From IMG/VR virus record IMGVR_UViG_3300028638_000013, positions 1 through 59,859 of that record: DNA of 59,859 nucleotides. One strand, given 5' to 3'. Positions 1-10,378 of the stretch are shown one piece after another (the stretch's first letter is position 1; the number at the start of each line of letters is the position of its first letter). The translations under genes were made by a program, and so were the position numbers. A model generated the notes under the pieces. That model ran no database searches. It had not been told where the DNA came from and was given only the letters and a program-made list of their open reading frames with translations. This stretch comes from a virus. Lineage: Duplodnaviria; Caudoviricetes.

Positions 1-1
1 G

Positions 2-25
2 GTAATGGAGCGTGCATGTTGCAAA
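2..25. other. attL-side phage half-site for the serine integrase
   Basis: GT + aatggagcgtgcatgttgcaaa; gtgcatgttgcaaa is the inverted repeat (13/14) of tttgcaacatgaac at 59834-59847; lies just beyond the integrase stop. Confidence 0.75.
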
Positions 26-30
26 AAAAT

Positions 31-1446
31 CTACAAAAAAGACCATGAGATAACAGGCTCGGCTTCTGTTATATCTATTCTTTTGATTAAACTACGCAAT
101 ATGACCTGCTTCTCTTCTAGGCTTGCGGCAGGCCAAATGGTCTTAAGGTTTGACAGTAAACGGAGGGCCTCCTCAACGTTTGGATTAACCTCGTGATCGA
201 TTTCAGTTTCATTCGGTATGCTACTTTTGAGTTTTTTCTTTTCATCATACAGAGCGCTTATCCGAAGACCGATCTCTTCAGCAGGGATCATATCAAACTG
301 GTAAAGATCCATCATTTTTTTAATTTGTTTGTCAAGATCATCAATTTTCTTGAGAACGACCACGCGATCTAGTGTGTTGTGTGGTTTTTTCTTTTTCAAT
401 AACTTTTCAAATTGGCGTTTGTCAAATGACAACTCGAACAATTTGTCCTCAACATAGGACTCAAGAACGTCGGAGCGATAACTGGTGTTTAAACAATTTT
501 TATCTTTAATCATATGCGGTACACTTTTTGAACGGGAATAGCAGCGATAATAGCGGTGGCCTTTAGTTGTTCGACCACTGTATCGAGCTCCACACACTGA
601 ACAAAAAATAAGCCCTTGCAATAAGTAGGCACTTTTATAATATTTACGATTTTCCTCACCGCGCCTATCCATTTCTTTCTGTGTTTTATCCCACACATCT
701 TGCGAGATTATCGGCTCGTGTTGACCTGGGTAAGTAACGCCTTTATGCGATATGTATCCGGCATAAAGGATTGTGCGCAAGCCATTAGAAACCGCGCGGT
801 CATACCTCCAAGTATCCCCGTATTTTGTTTTATAGCCAGCCGATAGAAATTTTTTTGATATTGAGGAAGCACCCATGCCACTCAAATAAAGATCAAACAT
901 CTGTTTTATTTGCATGGCCTCGTAGTTGTTTATAATCAATTTACCATCAACATAGTCATAGCCGATCGGAGAAGTTGAGCCGCCGTGATACAAACCGGAT
1001 TTAGCTCGCTCTGATTTCCCTAGCACGGTACGCTCCCTGATTGTTTCGCGTTCCAGCTGTGCAAAAACGGACAAAATGCCGACCATTGCGCGACCAAAAG
1101 GCGTTGTGGTATCAAACGACTCATTCATCGAAATGAAGTTTACGTCATGCTTAAGAAAGACATCCTCGATTAAAAAGAGGGTGTCTTTTTGTGATCTTGA
1201 TAATCGATCCAGTTTATAAACCAAAACGATGTTTATGCAGCCATCTTTCACATCATCGATCAGCTTTTGCATCCCAGGTCTGTCGAGGTTTGCTCCCGAA
1301 AAACCACCATCGATATAAATGTCATGAATTACAAAATCACGCGCTTTGCAATAGGAAATAAGCCGGTCTTTTTGAGCTGGTATTGAATACCCCTCATTTG
1401 CCTGCTCAGCAGTAGAAACACGTATGTAGATTCCAACTTTAATCAT
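31..1446 (-). CDS. Large serine recombinase (phage integrase)
   Basis: YIRVSTAEQ catalytic Ser, VYKLDRLSRS, recombinase domain, Zn ribbon CSVCG...YYRC, coiled coil. Confidence 0.97.
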   Translation of the reverse strand: MIKVGIYIRVSTAEQANEGYSIPAQKDRLISYCKARDFVIHDIYIDGGFSGANLDRPGMQKLIDDVKDGCINIVLVYKLDRLSRSQKDTLFLIEDVFLKHDVNFISMNESFDTTTPFGRAMVGILSVFAQLERETIRERTVLGKSERAKSGLYHGGSTSPIGYDYVDGKLIINNYEAMQIKQMFDLYLSGMGASSISKKFLSAGYKTKYGDTWRYDRAVSNGLRTILYAGYISHKGVTYPGQHEPIISQDVWDKTQKEMDRRGEENRKYYKSAYLLQGLIFCSVCGARYSGRTTKGHRYYRCYSRSKSVPHMIKDKNCLNTSYRSDVLESYVEDKLFELSFDKRQFEKLLKKKKPHNTLDRVVVLKKIDDLDKQIKKMMDLYQFDMIPAEEIGLRISALYDEKKKLKSSIPNETEIDHEVNPNVEEALRLLSNLKTIWPAASLEEKQVILRSLIKRIDITEAEPVISWSFL

Positions 1447-2102
1447 GGTCTGAATTCAACTTTTACAACAATCCCAATGATTTCAGCATTATAATCTTTT
1501 ACAATCGTCGGCTCATAAGCAGGGTTGTCAGGATACAGGATATAGGTTCCATCGACATGCTTCACGCGTTTTAAAGTGGCGTCTTCTGCGTTTATGCGGA
1601 CAACAGCAATCTCGCCATTGGTGACAAATGACTGTCTTTTGACCAGAACCAGATCCCCGTCCCAAATCCGGGACCCGGTCATTGAGTCACCTTTTACGCG
1701 CAGATAAAAATAGTCGCCATCCTTGACCTGATCTTCGGGTACGTTGATCCAGCTTTCAACATTTTCGATTGCTTCAACCGCATGACCAGCAGGGATCGAT
1801 CCGATAAGTGGTATTTTGACCATCCGAATCGGATTGAAAAATTCTGAAAATACAACACCCTCCTGATTTTGATCGAATTTTGAAGGGTCCACGTAACCAG
1901 ACGCGATCATGAGTTGTTCATACGAGACGTCGTTGTGTGCGACTTTTGAGAGTTTTTCAAGCACATCTGGTGTCGCGCGTTGCCCGTTGAAAATACGCGA
2001 CAGATTGCCGTTTGAAACTCCGGCCTCTCTTGCGAACGTGTTAAGCGAGCGATGCCCTTTCGCCATCATTAACAATTCGTTGATAGTTTTTGTGTGTACC
2101 AT
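1443..2102 (-). CDS. CI/LexA-like repressor (HTH + S24 autopeptidase)
   Basis: HTH SLNTFAREAGVSNGNLSRI; cleavage site IPAG; catalytic GDSM and TLKR; AAGGAGGTG RBS supports ATG at 2102; stop overlaps integrase start. Confidence 0.93.
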   Translation of the reverse strand: MVHTKTINELLMMAKGHRSLNTFAREAGVSNGNLSRIFNGQRATPDVLEKLSKVAHNDVSYEQLMIASGYVDPSKFDQNQEGVVFSEFFNPIRMVKIPLIGSIPAGHAVEAIENVESWINVPEDQVKDGDYFYLRVKGDSMTGSRIWDGDLVLVKRQSFVTNGEIAVVRINAEDATLKRVKHVDGTYILYPDNPAYEPTIVKDYNAEIIGIVVKVEFRP

Positions 2103-2120
2103 TCTTATAAACACCTCCTT

Positions 2121-2235
2121 GAAAAATTATACATCTAATCGTTTCTAAAAAGCAATGGTGGAATTAAAGAAAAGGGTGTTGCTTTAAAGAATCATTAGTG
2201 CTAAAATGAAATTACCGATTCTTTAAAGAATCGAT
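2121..2235. promoter_or_regulatory. Lysis/lysogeny switch: divergent sigmaA promoters with three 16-bp operators
   Basis: Rightward TTGCTT(2179)-17-TAAAAT; leftward TTGCTT-18-TATAAT; operators 2141-2156, 2178-2193 and perfect palindrome CGATTCTTTAAAGAATCG 2216-2233. Confidence 0.8.
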
Positions 2236-2254
2236 TACAAGGGAGGGAAACGAG

Positions 2255-2464
2255 GTGAACATCAACAAAGAAGCACTTCGAGAGTTGATCGATCAGCGTT
2301 ACGACGGACACCATCGGCGTCTTGCTCGGGATATCGGTATTGGATATCTGCAAACATGGCGGCTGCTGAACGACAAAGTCAAGCCGGGCGGGAAATTCCT
2401 TAGATTGTTCATGGCCTATTGCGACCAGAACGATCTGGATTTCCAAAAATTCTTCACAAAGTAG
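2255..2464 (+). CDS. Cro-like HTH regulator
   Basis: 69 aa, HTH RRLARDIGIGYLQTWRLLN, divergent from CI. Confidence 0.8.
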   Translation: MNINKEALRELIDQRYDGHHRRLARDIGIGYLQTWRLLNDKVKPGGKFLRLFMAYCDQNDLDFQKFFTK

Positions 2465-2478
2465 GGGTGGGTGACGTG

Positions 2479-2595
2479 ATGGTCCCATACAACGATTCAA
2501 CAGCCGGGGTTTACGACTTGATGGTACGCATTGCAAAAAGAATACTCGAGGAGGATGGAGAATGGACAAGCAACTCGGATTCACAAGCGTCTTAG
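2479..2595 (+). CDS. Small hypothetical protein (38 aa; not in ORF track)
   Basis: MVPYNDSTAGVYDLMVRIAKRILEEDG...; purine-rich RBS; fills gap after cro. Confidence 0.45.
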   Translation: MVPYNDSTAGVYDLMVRIAKRILEEDGEWTSNSDSQAS

Positions 2596-2753
2596 AGGAG
2601 CACGAACATTGCAATCGATGTGGGCGCAGGCTAAAAAACATTGAAGCGAGGCAGATCGGGTACGGCAAAACATGCTACAAGAAAATGATGGCCGCAGCTG
2701 TGATGGTGGAACAAATGAGGGGCGATCAAAATGAAAGTCAAAGTAATGATTGA
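2562..2753 (+). CDS. Small zinc-finger protein (DUF6011-like)
   Basis: CNRCGRRLK...IGYGKTC pattern; GGAGG RBS. Confidence 0.65.
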   Translation: MDKQLGFTSVLEEHEHCNRCGRRLKNIEARQIGYGKTCYKKMMAAAVMVEQMRGDQNESQSND

Positions 2754-3000
2754 AACAGGGTGTGACGGAGAGTTTGATGATCTAATAAACAGCCTGCCGA
2801 CGCACTCGGAAAAAAGCGTTTTTAATGGCATGGTCAGCCTTTGGCCAGACGAAACAAAAACAATCCACGAAGACATCAGCACCATCGAACATGCTGTAAG
2901 CAGGATTGAAGAACTTTATACCAGATATGAGCCGGAAGAGATCCACACAATCATGAAGGGGGAAATAAAATGTTTCAACGTGCAATCGAAAAGCAGCTAG
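2731..3000 (+). CDS. Hypothetical protein
   Basis: RBS, tightly packed early operon. Confidence 0.6.
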   Translation: MKVKVMIETGCDGEFDDLINSLPTHSEKSVFNGMVSLWPDETKTIHEDISTIEHAVSRIEELYTRYEPEEIHTIMKGEIKCFNVQSKSS

Positions 3001-3155
3001 GGCAGCCGTTAACTAGAACAGATTTAGAATTTGCACTTAACATGGCCACGATGGACATCAAAGAGAATAATGTTGCATTCAACAAAAAAACCTCAATGAA
3101 CGACGCAGTAGGCATAGCAGTGAAATGTTTAGAATTGATACGAAGATGCGCATAA
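2970..3155 (+). CDS. Hypothetical protein
   Basis: GGGGG RBS, operon packing. Confidence 0.55.
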   Translation: MFQRAIEKQLGQPLTRTDLEFALNMATMDIKENNVAFNKKTSMNDAVGIAVKCLELIRRCA

Positions 3156-3230
3156 AAAAAGACGGCCTCTACGAGCCGTCAAACGAAATACCTCACCCCA
3201 ATTATATAGAGAAATGAGCGGAGGCACAAC

Positions 3231-4241
3231 ATGGAAATAGAAAAATACAAAAAAGAAGGTGCGAATCTTCTGATGCCGACGACCAATATAACACAGGTCA
3301 GTCCATGGCACCAGATGAGCGTAACAGAAGTTAAGGTCGACCCGAATCCGGACAACGGCGAAGTTTTCCCGGTTGAAAGCAAATCAATTATAACTGATCG
3401 AGGGACAGAGTACGTCAAACAATTCTGCCTGTCGAAAGTCGCTCTCATGAAGATCGCGCAGGCAGCCGGAATTGTCTGGAACCACACCGAATGCAGACCG
3501 ATCACGGTAAGCAAAGACTATGTGCTTTACTCGGCAGTTGGAGCCATAAGGTTGCCAGCGGGGAATTGGCAGATCATACCGGCGAAGAAGGAAATTGACC
3601 TGACAGTCATCTACGACGAGATACTGGACCGGAACCTCAAAACGGCACTCAAGAACAACAAAAGCGAAAAAGATAAATACAAACTTGAAGGCATGTCCCC
3701 GATGGAATGGGCAGAAATGAAGACCAGAAGCGCGATGATTCAGTGGCGCAAACACAAGCTGGCCAGAGCGGAAACCGGAGCTATGGAACGCGTCATTCGA
3801 GCAGCACTTAGCATGAAACAAGCCTACACCCTTGAGGAGTTGAGCAAACCATTTGTTGTACCGCGCATCGACTTCTCGCCAGACTACAGCGATCCGAATG
3901 TCCAGAGGTTACTGCTGCAAAACGGGATGCAAGCCATGAACAACTTGTTCGGAGCTAATACACTGACAGCACTGCCTGACATGAACAGCCCGGTAAATAT
4001 GATCACCATGGCACAAGACGAGCCAGAGACCTTTGATACAGAGTTTGAAGTCGCGGACGAACCAGACTCGGCACCACTTCAGGAGCCAGAACCTGAACCG
4101 GAGAGAAAACCAATCGAAATGAAGACCGCACATTGTGCAGCATGCGGTGTTGAATTGACAGAAAAGGTGGCAATGTACAGCGCAAAGAAATACAGAAAGC
4201 CGCTTTGCATGACATGCCAGAAGGAGGCAGACAAAAAATGA
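3231..4241 (+). CDS. Putative recombination (single-strand-annealing-like) protein with C-terminal Zn ribbon
   Basis: Coupled to SbcCD nuclease; acidic linker and CAAC...LCMTC tail as in phage SSAPs; family not recognised. Confidence 0.5.
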   Translation: MEIEKYKKEGANLLMPTTNITQVSPWHQMSVTEVKVDPNPDNGEVFPVESKSIITDRGTEYVKQFCLSKVALMKIAQAAGIVWNHTECRPITVSKDYVLYSAVGAIRLPAGNWQIIPAKKEIDLTVIYDEILDRNLKTALKNNKSEKDKYKLEGMSPMEWAEMKTRSAMIQWRKHKLARAETGAMERVIRAALSMKQAYTLEELSKPFVVPRIDFSPDYSDPNVQRLLLQNGMQAMNNLFGANTLTALPDMNSPVNMITMAQDEPETFDTEFEVADEPDSAPLQEPEPEPERKPIEMKTAHCAACGVELTEKVAMYSAKKYRKPLCMTCQKEADKK

Positions 4242-7200
4242 AGATTCTACACACGGCAGATTTACACCTGGGAGAATACAATGGGCCGGTGATCAACGGT
4301 CATAACGCGAGGATGCAAGACATCCTCGCCTGCATGGACGTGGTGGCAGCGGCGGCGGAGAGAGAACAAGTGGACCTTGTGATCATTGCCGGCGACCTCA
4401 CCAACAAATCGCGGCTTTGGGGAGATCAAACATTAAAAGAGACACAGCATATCGGCAACTGGCTATTGCGGCTTTCAAGAGTCGCGCCGGTTGTCGCGCT
4501 TTTTGGCACGGCAAACCACGACAGCGCAGAGGCACACCGAACCCTTGAAAAGTGGCTGGAAGGCCATCCGGTCAAAATGGCTTACCAACCCGGACTGATC
4601 ACCATCAACACAAAAGCAGGCCCGGTACAGATCGGAGTGTTGCCCGGGTATGACAAAGGGAGGCTTCTGGCCAACAACCCGGGATTAGACAAGACGGAAT
4701 CAAACGCGCTTGCCTCCGACGCGCTGGCGGACATTATACGGAGTTTCACGGTACAGCTTGAACCGGACAAGCCCTCGATTCTGGTCAGCCATTACACGGT
4801 CGTTGGCGCGGAGTACGACAACGGCAACTCAGTGTTCCTTGAGAGTGAAGTCGTATTGAGGCCACAGGACATCGACCAGAGCAGATTCACCATGGTGACC
4901 CTTGGACACATCCACAAGCCACAGCGCGTACCTTACTGCAACATCCCGACATTTTACAGCGGAGCGATAAACAACCTGAACTTTAATGACGAAGGCAGCG
5001 ACAAAGGATTCTACATTCACAAAATTAACGGTACCCAATACGCCGACAGTACCTACCACCGAACGCCGGCCCGAGAGTTTTTAACACTCAGACCATCCGC
5101 CGGCGATATCAACGCCTACCTGAGCGGTTCAGGGAGCCCTTGGACGTGGAGACCTTTGGAAGAGTACCGGGACAAGATCATCCGGGTAAGGTATACAGCC
5201 ACGGCGGAAGACCACAAAAGATTAGACAAATCACAACTTGAAAAAGACCTGATGAACCTCGGTGCTTTTTGGATTTCCGAAATCACTCCGGATAGAATTG
5301 TCGAGGAACTCACGCGAACCGACATGACAGAGACCATGACGCCGGAACAAACGCTTAGAACATGGTTCGAAACCAAGGAAGCAAATAACATCGAAGCGCT
5401 GATGGCGATCGCCAGACCGATGCTGGCAGAAGTCGCCGCCACAAAGCCAACAGGCAGACACATGGGATTGTTCGAACCTATCGAAATCGATGTGAAGAAC
5501 TACCGCAGTTACAGGGAAGAAACATTCGATTTTACACAGATTCGATTTGCTACAGTCAACGGCCCGAACGGGGTAGGAAAAAGCGCGCTTTTCATGGATG
5601 CCATGTACGACGCACTCTACGAGGACCCGAGAGAGGGTGAACTCACCGGCTGGATTAACTCGGCAGACGACGTCAGGAGCGGTACGATCACCTTCACCTT
5701 TCGCCTAGGCGAATCAACATGGCGGGTCCAGCGCAGCCGAACAAAAGGTGGAAAGGTTACCCTTAATCTAGCAGAGCACAATGGCGGAGTGTGGGAAGAC
5801 AGGTCAGCCGACAAAGTAGCAGACACACAGCAGCGTATCACCGACCTGATCGGCATGGACAAGACGACATTCAAATCCTGCGCCTTGATCATGCAGGACG
5901 CCTACGCGGTCTTCTTGGAAGCCGATAAAACAGAGCGCATGAGTGTCCTGGGGAGCATCATTGACCTTGGAATTTACGACGATCTCTGCGACAGGGCAAA
6001 AGCCATAGCGACGAACATTAACAGAGACATAAACGCCATCAAAGAACGACTTAAGATGCTAATGGAACAGGCAGACAAAGAACTTGAACTCAACCACAAA
6101 TTGTTCGAAATCGAAAGTGAAATTCACAAACTTAAAGAACAACTCCTGCAGGCTGAAACGGATTTGACAACCATCAATACGACAATCCGGTATTACAACG
6201 AAAAGCAGGAACAATACGATACCACAATGGCAAGTTTTAACCGGCTCCACCAAAACCATACGGCAAAAATCACACAACTCAAAACTGCGCAGCTGCAGTA
6301 CGCGGATGCCATGGGGCTGATCGCCCGGGAAGATGAGATACTGGAAAAGGCCAAAGAACATGAGCATCTTAAAGAAATGATATCGAGAATCCAAGCAAAG
6401 CAGCCTGAACTCCACGAAGCCAAACGCCACGAAAAGACAGCACGAGATACAATCGCCGCAAACGAGGGACAGCTTGTCAAACTAAATTACGATGTACAAA
6501 GGATGACCATCCCGGAAGACGAAAAACAGCGGCTGCTATCTGCAAGCGCCGAATACGAAAAGGTCAGAGCGGACCTCAAAGCCGTTGACGACACAAAGGC
6601 GAAGTACGAGGAGATTAATCAGAAGATACAAACCCTGAAAAGCACTTATTTATTAGACATCGCGAAGATTGAATCAGAGATCAAGTACCTCGACAACAAA
6701 ATCTCCGAGTACGAAAAGCGGATCGCGATGACATCTGACGCCAACTGCATTGATATTGGACGGGCCGGCTGCAAATTTCTGAGCGACGCCAAAAACGCGG
6801 AGACGGAAATGCAGTACGCCACCATGGCCAGAGAGAATACGCACAAAGTACTGGAAAAAACCAAACAGGAATACCAGATCAAGCTGAATGAATACGAAAG
6901 TCTGCTCCCGAGTTACGACGCAGACGAACACAGGGCGATCAAAAGACGAGAAAAAGAACTTCAGGAGTTAGTACAAAGGTCGGCGACGATAGACGCAGCA
7001 GAGGCCGCCGTAGAGCGAATGAGGACCATGATCGACGCGCTGATCATCCAAAACAAAGAATACAAGACAGTGGAACTCGAATGGAAAACCAAAATCACAG
7101 CCATCGAAACTGAGATCGCGCCACTTTGGACGCATCTCACCAGAATGGAACAGATCAAAAACGCACTTGAGGATGCAGCACTCCTCCCGGTGGCTAAAGA

Positions 7201-8029
7201 GCGAGCAAAAACGACAAACGAGCGCATAGAGGAGCTCGAAACTGAAACCCGATCGATGGAAGAAGAAAAAAATAACGCGCAGGCACAACTGTTGCGCCTG
7301 AGAAGCGAGATCGACGCAGGAGCCGACCTTCGGGTCGCGGTAGATCAAAAAAGCGCCCAGATCGAAAATCTGAGGCGCACAGAACGAAATTTGACCGCGA
7401 GTAAAGGCGCGGTTGAACACCAACTCGCTGAGATTGGAAAAATCAAACAAAGAATCAACGACGAAAAGGCCGATCTAGACAACGAAGCCCAGAGATACAC
7501 AAACTATCAATCGCTCGCAGAGGCCTTCGGACGAGACGGTATACCATTCCTGATCACCCGAGCGATTGTACCGGAAATCGAAGCGAGTGCGAACGCGATT
7601 CTATCCCAGATGACCGGAGGCCGCATGGCCATCGAAATGCGCACAGAACGGCAGCTCAAAAGCAAGAAGGAAGTCAACACTCTTGAGGTTTGGATCACCT
7701 CACACGGGCGCGGGGCCATGCCGTACCTCTCACACAGCGGAGGACAAAAGGTAAAGGTAGCCTTATCGGTAGCCTTCGCCCTGGCCCAACTTAAAGCCAA
7801 ACGCGCCGGGTTACAACTTGGCATGCTTTTCATAGACGAGCCGCCTTTCCTAGACGATGACGGCACACAGGCCTACGCAGATGCACTCGAAACCATGGCA
7901 ACGATCTACCCGCAAATGAGAATACTCGCTATCAGCCACGATCCTACCATGAAAGCCCGTTTCTTGGAGACGATCGAAATCACATCAACAGAGCAGGGCA
8001 GCAAGATCAGCAGAACGGGCCTCAATTGA
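4238..8029 (+). CDS. Fused SbcD(Mre11)-SbcC(Rad50) nuclease/ATPase
   Basis: ADLHLG, AGD, ANHD, LGHIH phosphoesterase motifs; Walker A GPNGVGKS; long coiled coil; HSGGQ signature; FIDE Walker B; ISHD; AAGGAGG RBS supports start 4238. Confidence 0.93.
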   Translation: MKILHTADLHLGEYNGPVINGHNARMQDILACMDVVAAAAEREQVDLVIIAGDLTNKSRLWGDQTLKETQHIGNWLLRLSRVAPVVALFGTANHDSAEAHRTLEKWLEGHPVKMAYQPGLITINTKAGPVQIGVLPGYDKGRLLANNPGLDKTESNALASDALADIIRSFTVQLEPDKPSILVSHYTVVGAEYDNGNSVFLESEVVLRPQDIDQSRFTMVTLGHIHKPQRVPYCNIPTFYSGAINNLNFNDEGSDKGFYIHKINGTQYADSTYHRTPAREFLTLRPSAGDINAYLSGSGSPWTWRPLEEYRDKIIRVRYTATAEDHKRLDKSQLEKDLMNLGAFWISEITPDRIVEELTRTDMTETMTPEQTLRTWFETKEANNIEALMAIARPMLAEVAATKPTGRHMGLFEPIEIDVKNYRSYREETFDFTQIRFATVNGPNGVGKSALFMDAMYDALYEDPREGELTGWINSADDVRSGTITFTFRLGESTWRVQRSRTKGGKVTLNLAEHNGGVWEDRSADKVADTQQRITDLIGMDKTTFKSCALIMQDAYAVFLEADKTERMSVLGSIIDLGIYDDLCDRAKAIATNINRDINAIKERLKMLMEQADKELELNHKLFEIESEIHKLKEQLLQAETDLTTINTTIRYYNEKQEQYDTTMASFNRLHQNHTAKITQLKTAQLQYADAMGLIAREDEILEKAKEHEHLKEMISRIQAKQPELHEAKRHEKTARDTIAANEGQLVKLNYDVQRMTIPEDEKQRLLSASAEYEKVRADLKAVDDTKAKYEEINQKIQTLKSTYLLDIAKIESEIKYLDNKISEYEKRIAMTSDANCIDIGRAGCKFLSDAKNAETEMQYATMARENTHKVLEKTKQEYQIKLNEYESLLPSYDADEHRAIKRREKELQELVQRSATIDAAEAAVERMRTMIDALIIQNKEYKTVELEWKTKITAIETEIAPLWTHLTRMEQIKNALEDAALLPVAKERAKTTNERIEELETETRSMEEEKNNAQAQLLRLRSEIDAGADLRVAVDQKSAQIENLRRTERNLTASKGAVEHQLAEIGKIKQRINDEKADLDNEAQRYTNYQSLAEAFGRDGIPFLITRAIVPEIEASANAILSQMTGGRMAIEMRTERQLKSKKEVNTLEVWITSHGRGAMPYLSHSGGQKVKVALSVAFALAQLKAKRAGLQLGMLFIDEPPFLDDDGTQAYADALETMATIYPQMRILAISHDPTMKARFLETIEITSTEQGSKISRTGLN

Positions 8030-8045
8030 GCCCCGTTCTTTTTTT
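8012..8045 (+). terminator. Rho-independent terminator
   Basis: agaacgggcctcaattgagccccgttct + T-run. Confidence 0.6.
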
Positions 8046-8126
8046 AGAATTGTTTCTTTGAAGGATTGATAATCGCAGAAAATACGGTAGTATGATCCTG
8101 TGAGAAGCAGCAAAGGAGGCAGCCAT

Positions 8127-8984
8127 GTGAGTGACAATAATAAATATTACTATCTGAAGCTCAAGGAGGGATTTTTTGACACAGAAGAAATCAAAATCAT
8201 CGAAAGTGCAGAAAATGGATATTTATACTCAAATATTCTGCTGAAAATGTACTTATTCAGCCTGAAAAATGAAGGCCGCCTCATTTTCAGAGAAAATATC
8301 CCGTATAACTCGAGAATGCTATCAACGCTAACCGGCCACAACATTGACGTTATTGAAAAATCGATCAAGGTATTTAAAGAATTTGGATTAATAGAAATCC
8401 TTTCAAGCGGTGAGATTTACATGCTGGATATCCAACAGTACATCGGCCATACAAGCAGCGAGGCAGAACGGAAGCGCCTGTACAGGGATAAAATTAAAGA
8501 AAGAAAACAGATAGATGATGGGACAATGTCCCACGAATGTCCCTCAAATCGTCCACCAGAGATAGAGATAGAGATAGAGAAAGAGATAAAGAATAAGGAT
8601 AATGTGCCCGGCGAGGAACCGGGCACCCGCACCGCCATAGACTATAAACGCATTTTTGACCTCTACAATACCATTTGCACCAGCCTGCCAAAGGCACAGA
8701 TACTGAGCGAAAAGCGACGCCAAGCCATAAGAGCCAGGTACAATGAGTACCAGAGCATCGAAGCATTTGAACAGCTATTTGAGGCCGCACAAAAAAGCAG
8801 CTTCTTGAAAGGCACAAACGACCGCAACTGGATGGCGGATTTTGATTGGTTACTCAGCGCAAAATTCATGGCGCGCGTCCTAGAAGGCAAATACGATGAC
8901 AAAGGGGGCAAAAAGCATGGAGGCAGTCAAAGCGATTATGACCACCTCACCATTGATCCAAACGATCTCATCTTCAAAGACTGA
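8127..8984 (+). CDS. Phage replisome organizer/replication initiator
   Basis: KYYYLKLKEGFF N-terminal domain; EIEIEIEKE linker; WMADFDWLL...VLEGKYD C-terminus. Confidence 0.88.
   Translation: MSDNNKYYYLKLKEGFFDTEEIKIIESAENGYLYSNILLKMYLFSLKNEGRLIFRENIPYNSRMLSTLTGHNIDVIEKSIKVFKEFGLIEILSSGEIYMLDIQQYIGHTSSEAERKRLYRDKIKERKQIDDGTMSHECPSNRPPEIEIEIEKEIKNKDNVPGEEPGTRTAIDYKRIFDLYNTICTSLPKAQILSEKRRQAIRARYNEYQSIEAFEQLFEAAQKSSFLKGTNDRNWMADFDWLLSAKFMARVLEGKYDDKGGKKHGGSQSDYDHLTIDPNDLIFKD
8521..8590 (+). repeat. Probable replication-origin repeats inside the initiator gene
   Basis: ggacaatgtcc palindrome, repeated aatgtccc, tandem gagata units. Confidence 0.45.
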
Positions 8985-9792
8985 CAAACTCAGCATAAGA
9001 TGTGAGTGTTGCGGAGAACCAGCGTATGCAGAGATTGAAGTGCCACCTGAAGCCAGATCGTTATTTGGGACAACCATGGTGGTACCGCGATTATGTACTT
9101 GCAAGCGCCTTAAGTTTGAAACCGATGAAAAGCGCATGCAGGAGGAAGCAGAACGCCGTAAACTTGAGCGACTACTCGGAACATCGCTGATGGACCGAAA
9201 GTGCGAAGACTGGACATTTGAAAACTGGGACGAAAAAAGAAAAGACACTCAGGGATACAGGATCGCGAAACGATACGCTGACAACTGGGATCAAGTGAAG
9301 ACGGATAACCATGGGATTCTTTTATACGGCCCGCCTGGGACAGGTAAAACTTTCATAGCAGCGAGCATTGCAAATCACCTGATCAGACAACGCGGAGTGC
9401 CGGTGGCATTTGTAAGCTCAATCGACATCATAAACAAGATTTACAGCGGATATGGGCGCGATGATGATGGAACAGCCTTTTTGAATTCGCTCAATCGGGC
9501 AGCGCTACTGATCATCGACGATCTAGGGGCAGAAAGCAAAGGTAAAAGTGGCAAAGATCGAGAGATCATATACCAGATAGTTGACAACCGGCTGAGAAGT
9601 AAAAGGCCGATGATAGTAACGTCGAATTATACCATGGACGAACTCAGACAACGGCTCGATTACGACGGCGTCAACCGCATAGTGGACAGACTGGCGGAAA
9701 TCTGCGTACCGATCAAGATCGACGGCCCATCCATCAGACAACAGAAGGCAGCACAAAAACGGACAGAATTCATAAAACTGTTAACGGAGTGA
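8917..9792 (+). CDS. DnaC/IstB-like helicase loader ATPase
   Basis: N-terminal Cys motifs, GPPGTGKT, LLIIDDLG, TSN, RIVDRL. Confidence 0.92.
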   Translation: MEAVKAIMTTSPLIQTISSSKTDKLSIRCECCGEPAYAEIEVPPEARSLFGTTMVVPRLCTCKRLKFETDEKRMQEEAERRKLERLLGTSLMDRKCEDWTFENWDEKRKDTQGYRIAKRYADNWDQVKTDNHGILLYGPPGTGKTFIAASIANHLIRQRGVPVAFVSSIDIINKIYSGYGRDDDGTAFLNSLNRAALLIIDDLGAESKGKSGKDREIIYQIVDNRLRSKRPMIVTSNYTMDELRQRLDYDGVNRIVDRLAEICVPIKIDGPSIRQQKAAQKRTEFIKLLTE

Positions 9793-9796
9793 TTTC

Positions 9797-10378
9797 ATGA
9801 GGAAAAACGCAGGCGAAACGTTCGAAGAGCTTATCCGTTGGCAGAATCAAAGATACAAAGCAGCCGGAGAAGCAATAATCATCAAAGTACCAACGGAATT
9901 TAAGCCGATAAGAAATGCAGAAGGCCGGATATACACCTCGAAGGTGGAACACAAATCAACCGTCGACTTCATCGGACGGATCGGCAGATACCCGGTCGCC
10001 ATTGAAGCAAAGCACACAGAAGCCGACAGGATAAGCCTTATCGAGATAAAAGACCATCAAGCAGAGTTTCTGGATGCATGGAGCAGGTCTGGATTTGCAA
10101 GTGTGATCGTGAGCTTCGGAATGAGAGAATTCTATCTTGTACCATGGGATGTGTGGGGGACTGCCAGAAAACTATGGCAGCAAAAAACCGGGAATAAGGC
10201 AGCAAAGGTGCAAATCCATTATACAAATAAGCGCAAATCACTTGTCGGAGTCGAGGCTCATGTTCAGACATGGCATTACAACGGCATGGGATCAATCCAC
10301 AAAAACGATATGGACCCAGCGTGGAAGATCGGGTGCAACGGACAGAACGGACTACCGTATCTCGAGGCAATTCTATGA
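9797..10378 (+). CDS. recU: RecU-like Holliday junction resolvase
   Basis: GETFEELI, KVPT, KSTVDFIG, IEAK, HQ motifs. Confidence 0.85.
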   Translation: MRKNAGETFEELIRWQNQRYKAAGEAIIIKVPTEFKPIRNAEGRIYTSKVEHKSTVDFIGRIGRYPVAIEAKHTEADRISLIEIKDHQAEFLDAWSRSGFASVIVSFGMREFYLVPWDVWGTARKLWQQKTGNKAAKVQIHYTNKRKSLVGVEAHVQTWHYNGMGSIHKNDMDPAWKIGCNGQNGLPYLEAIL

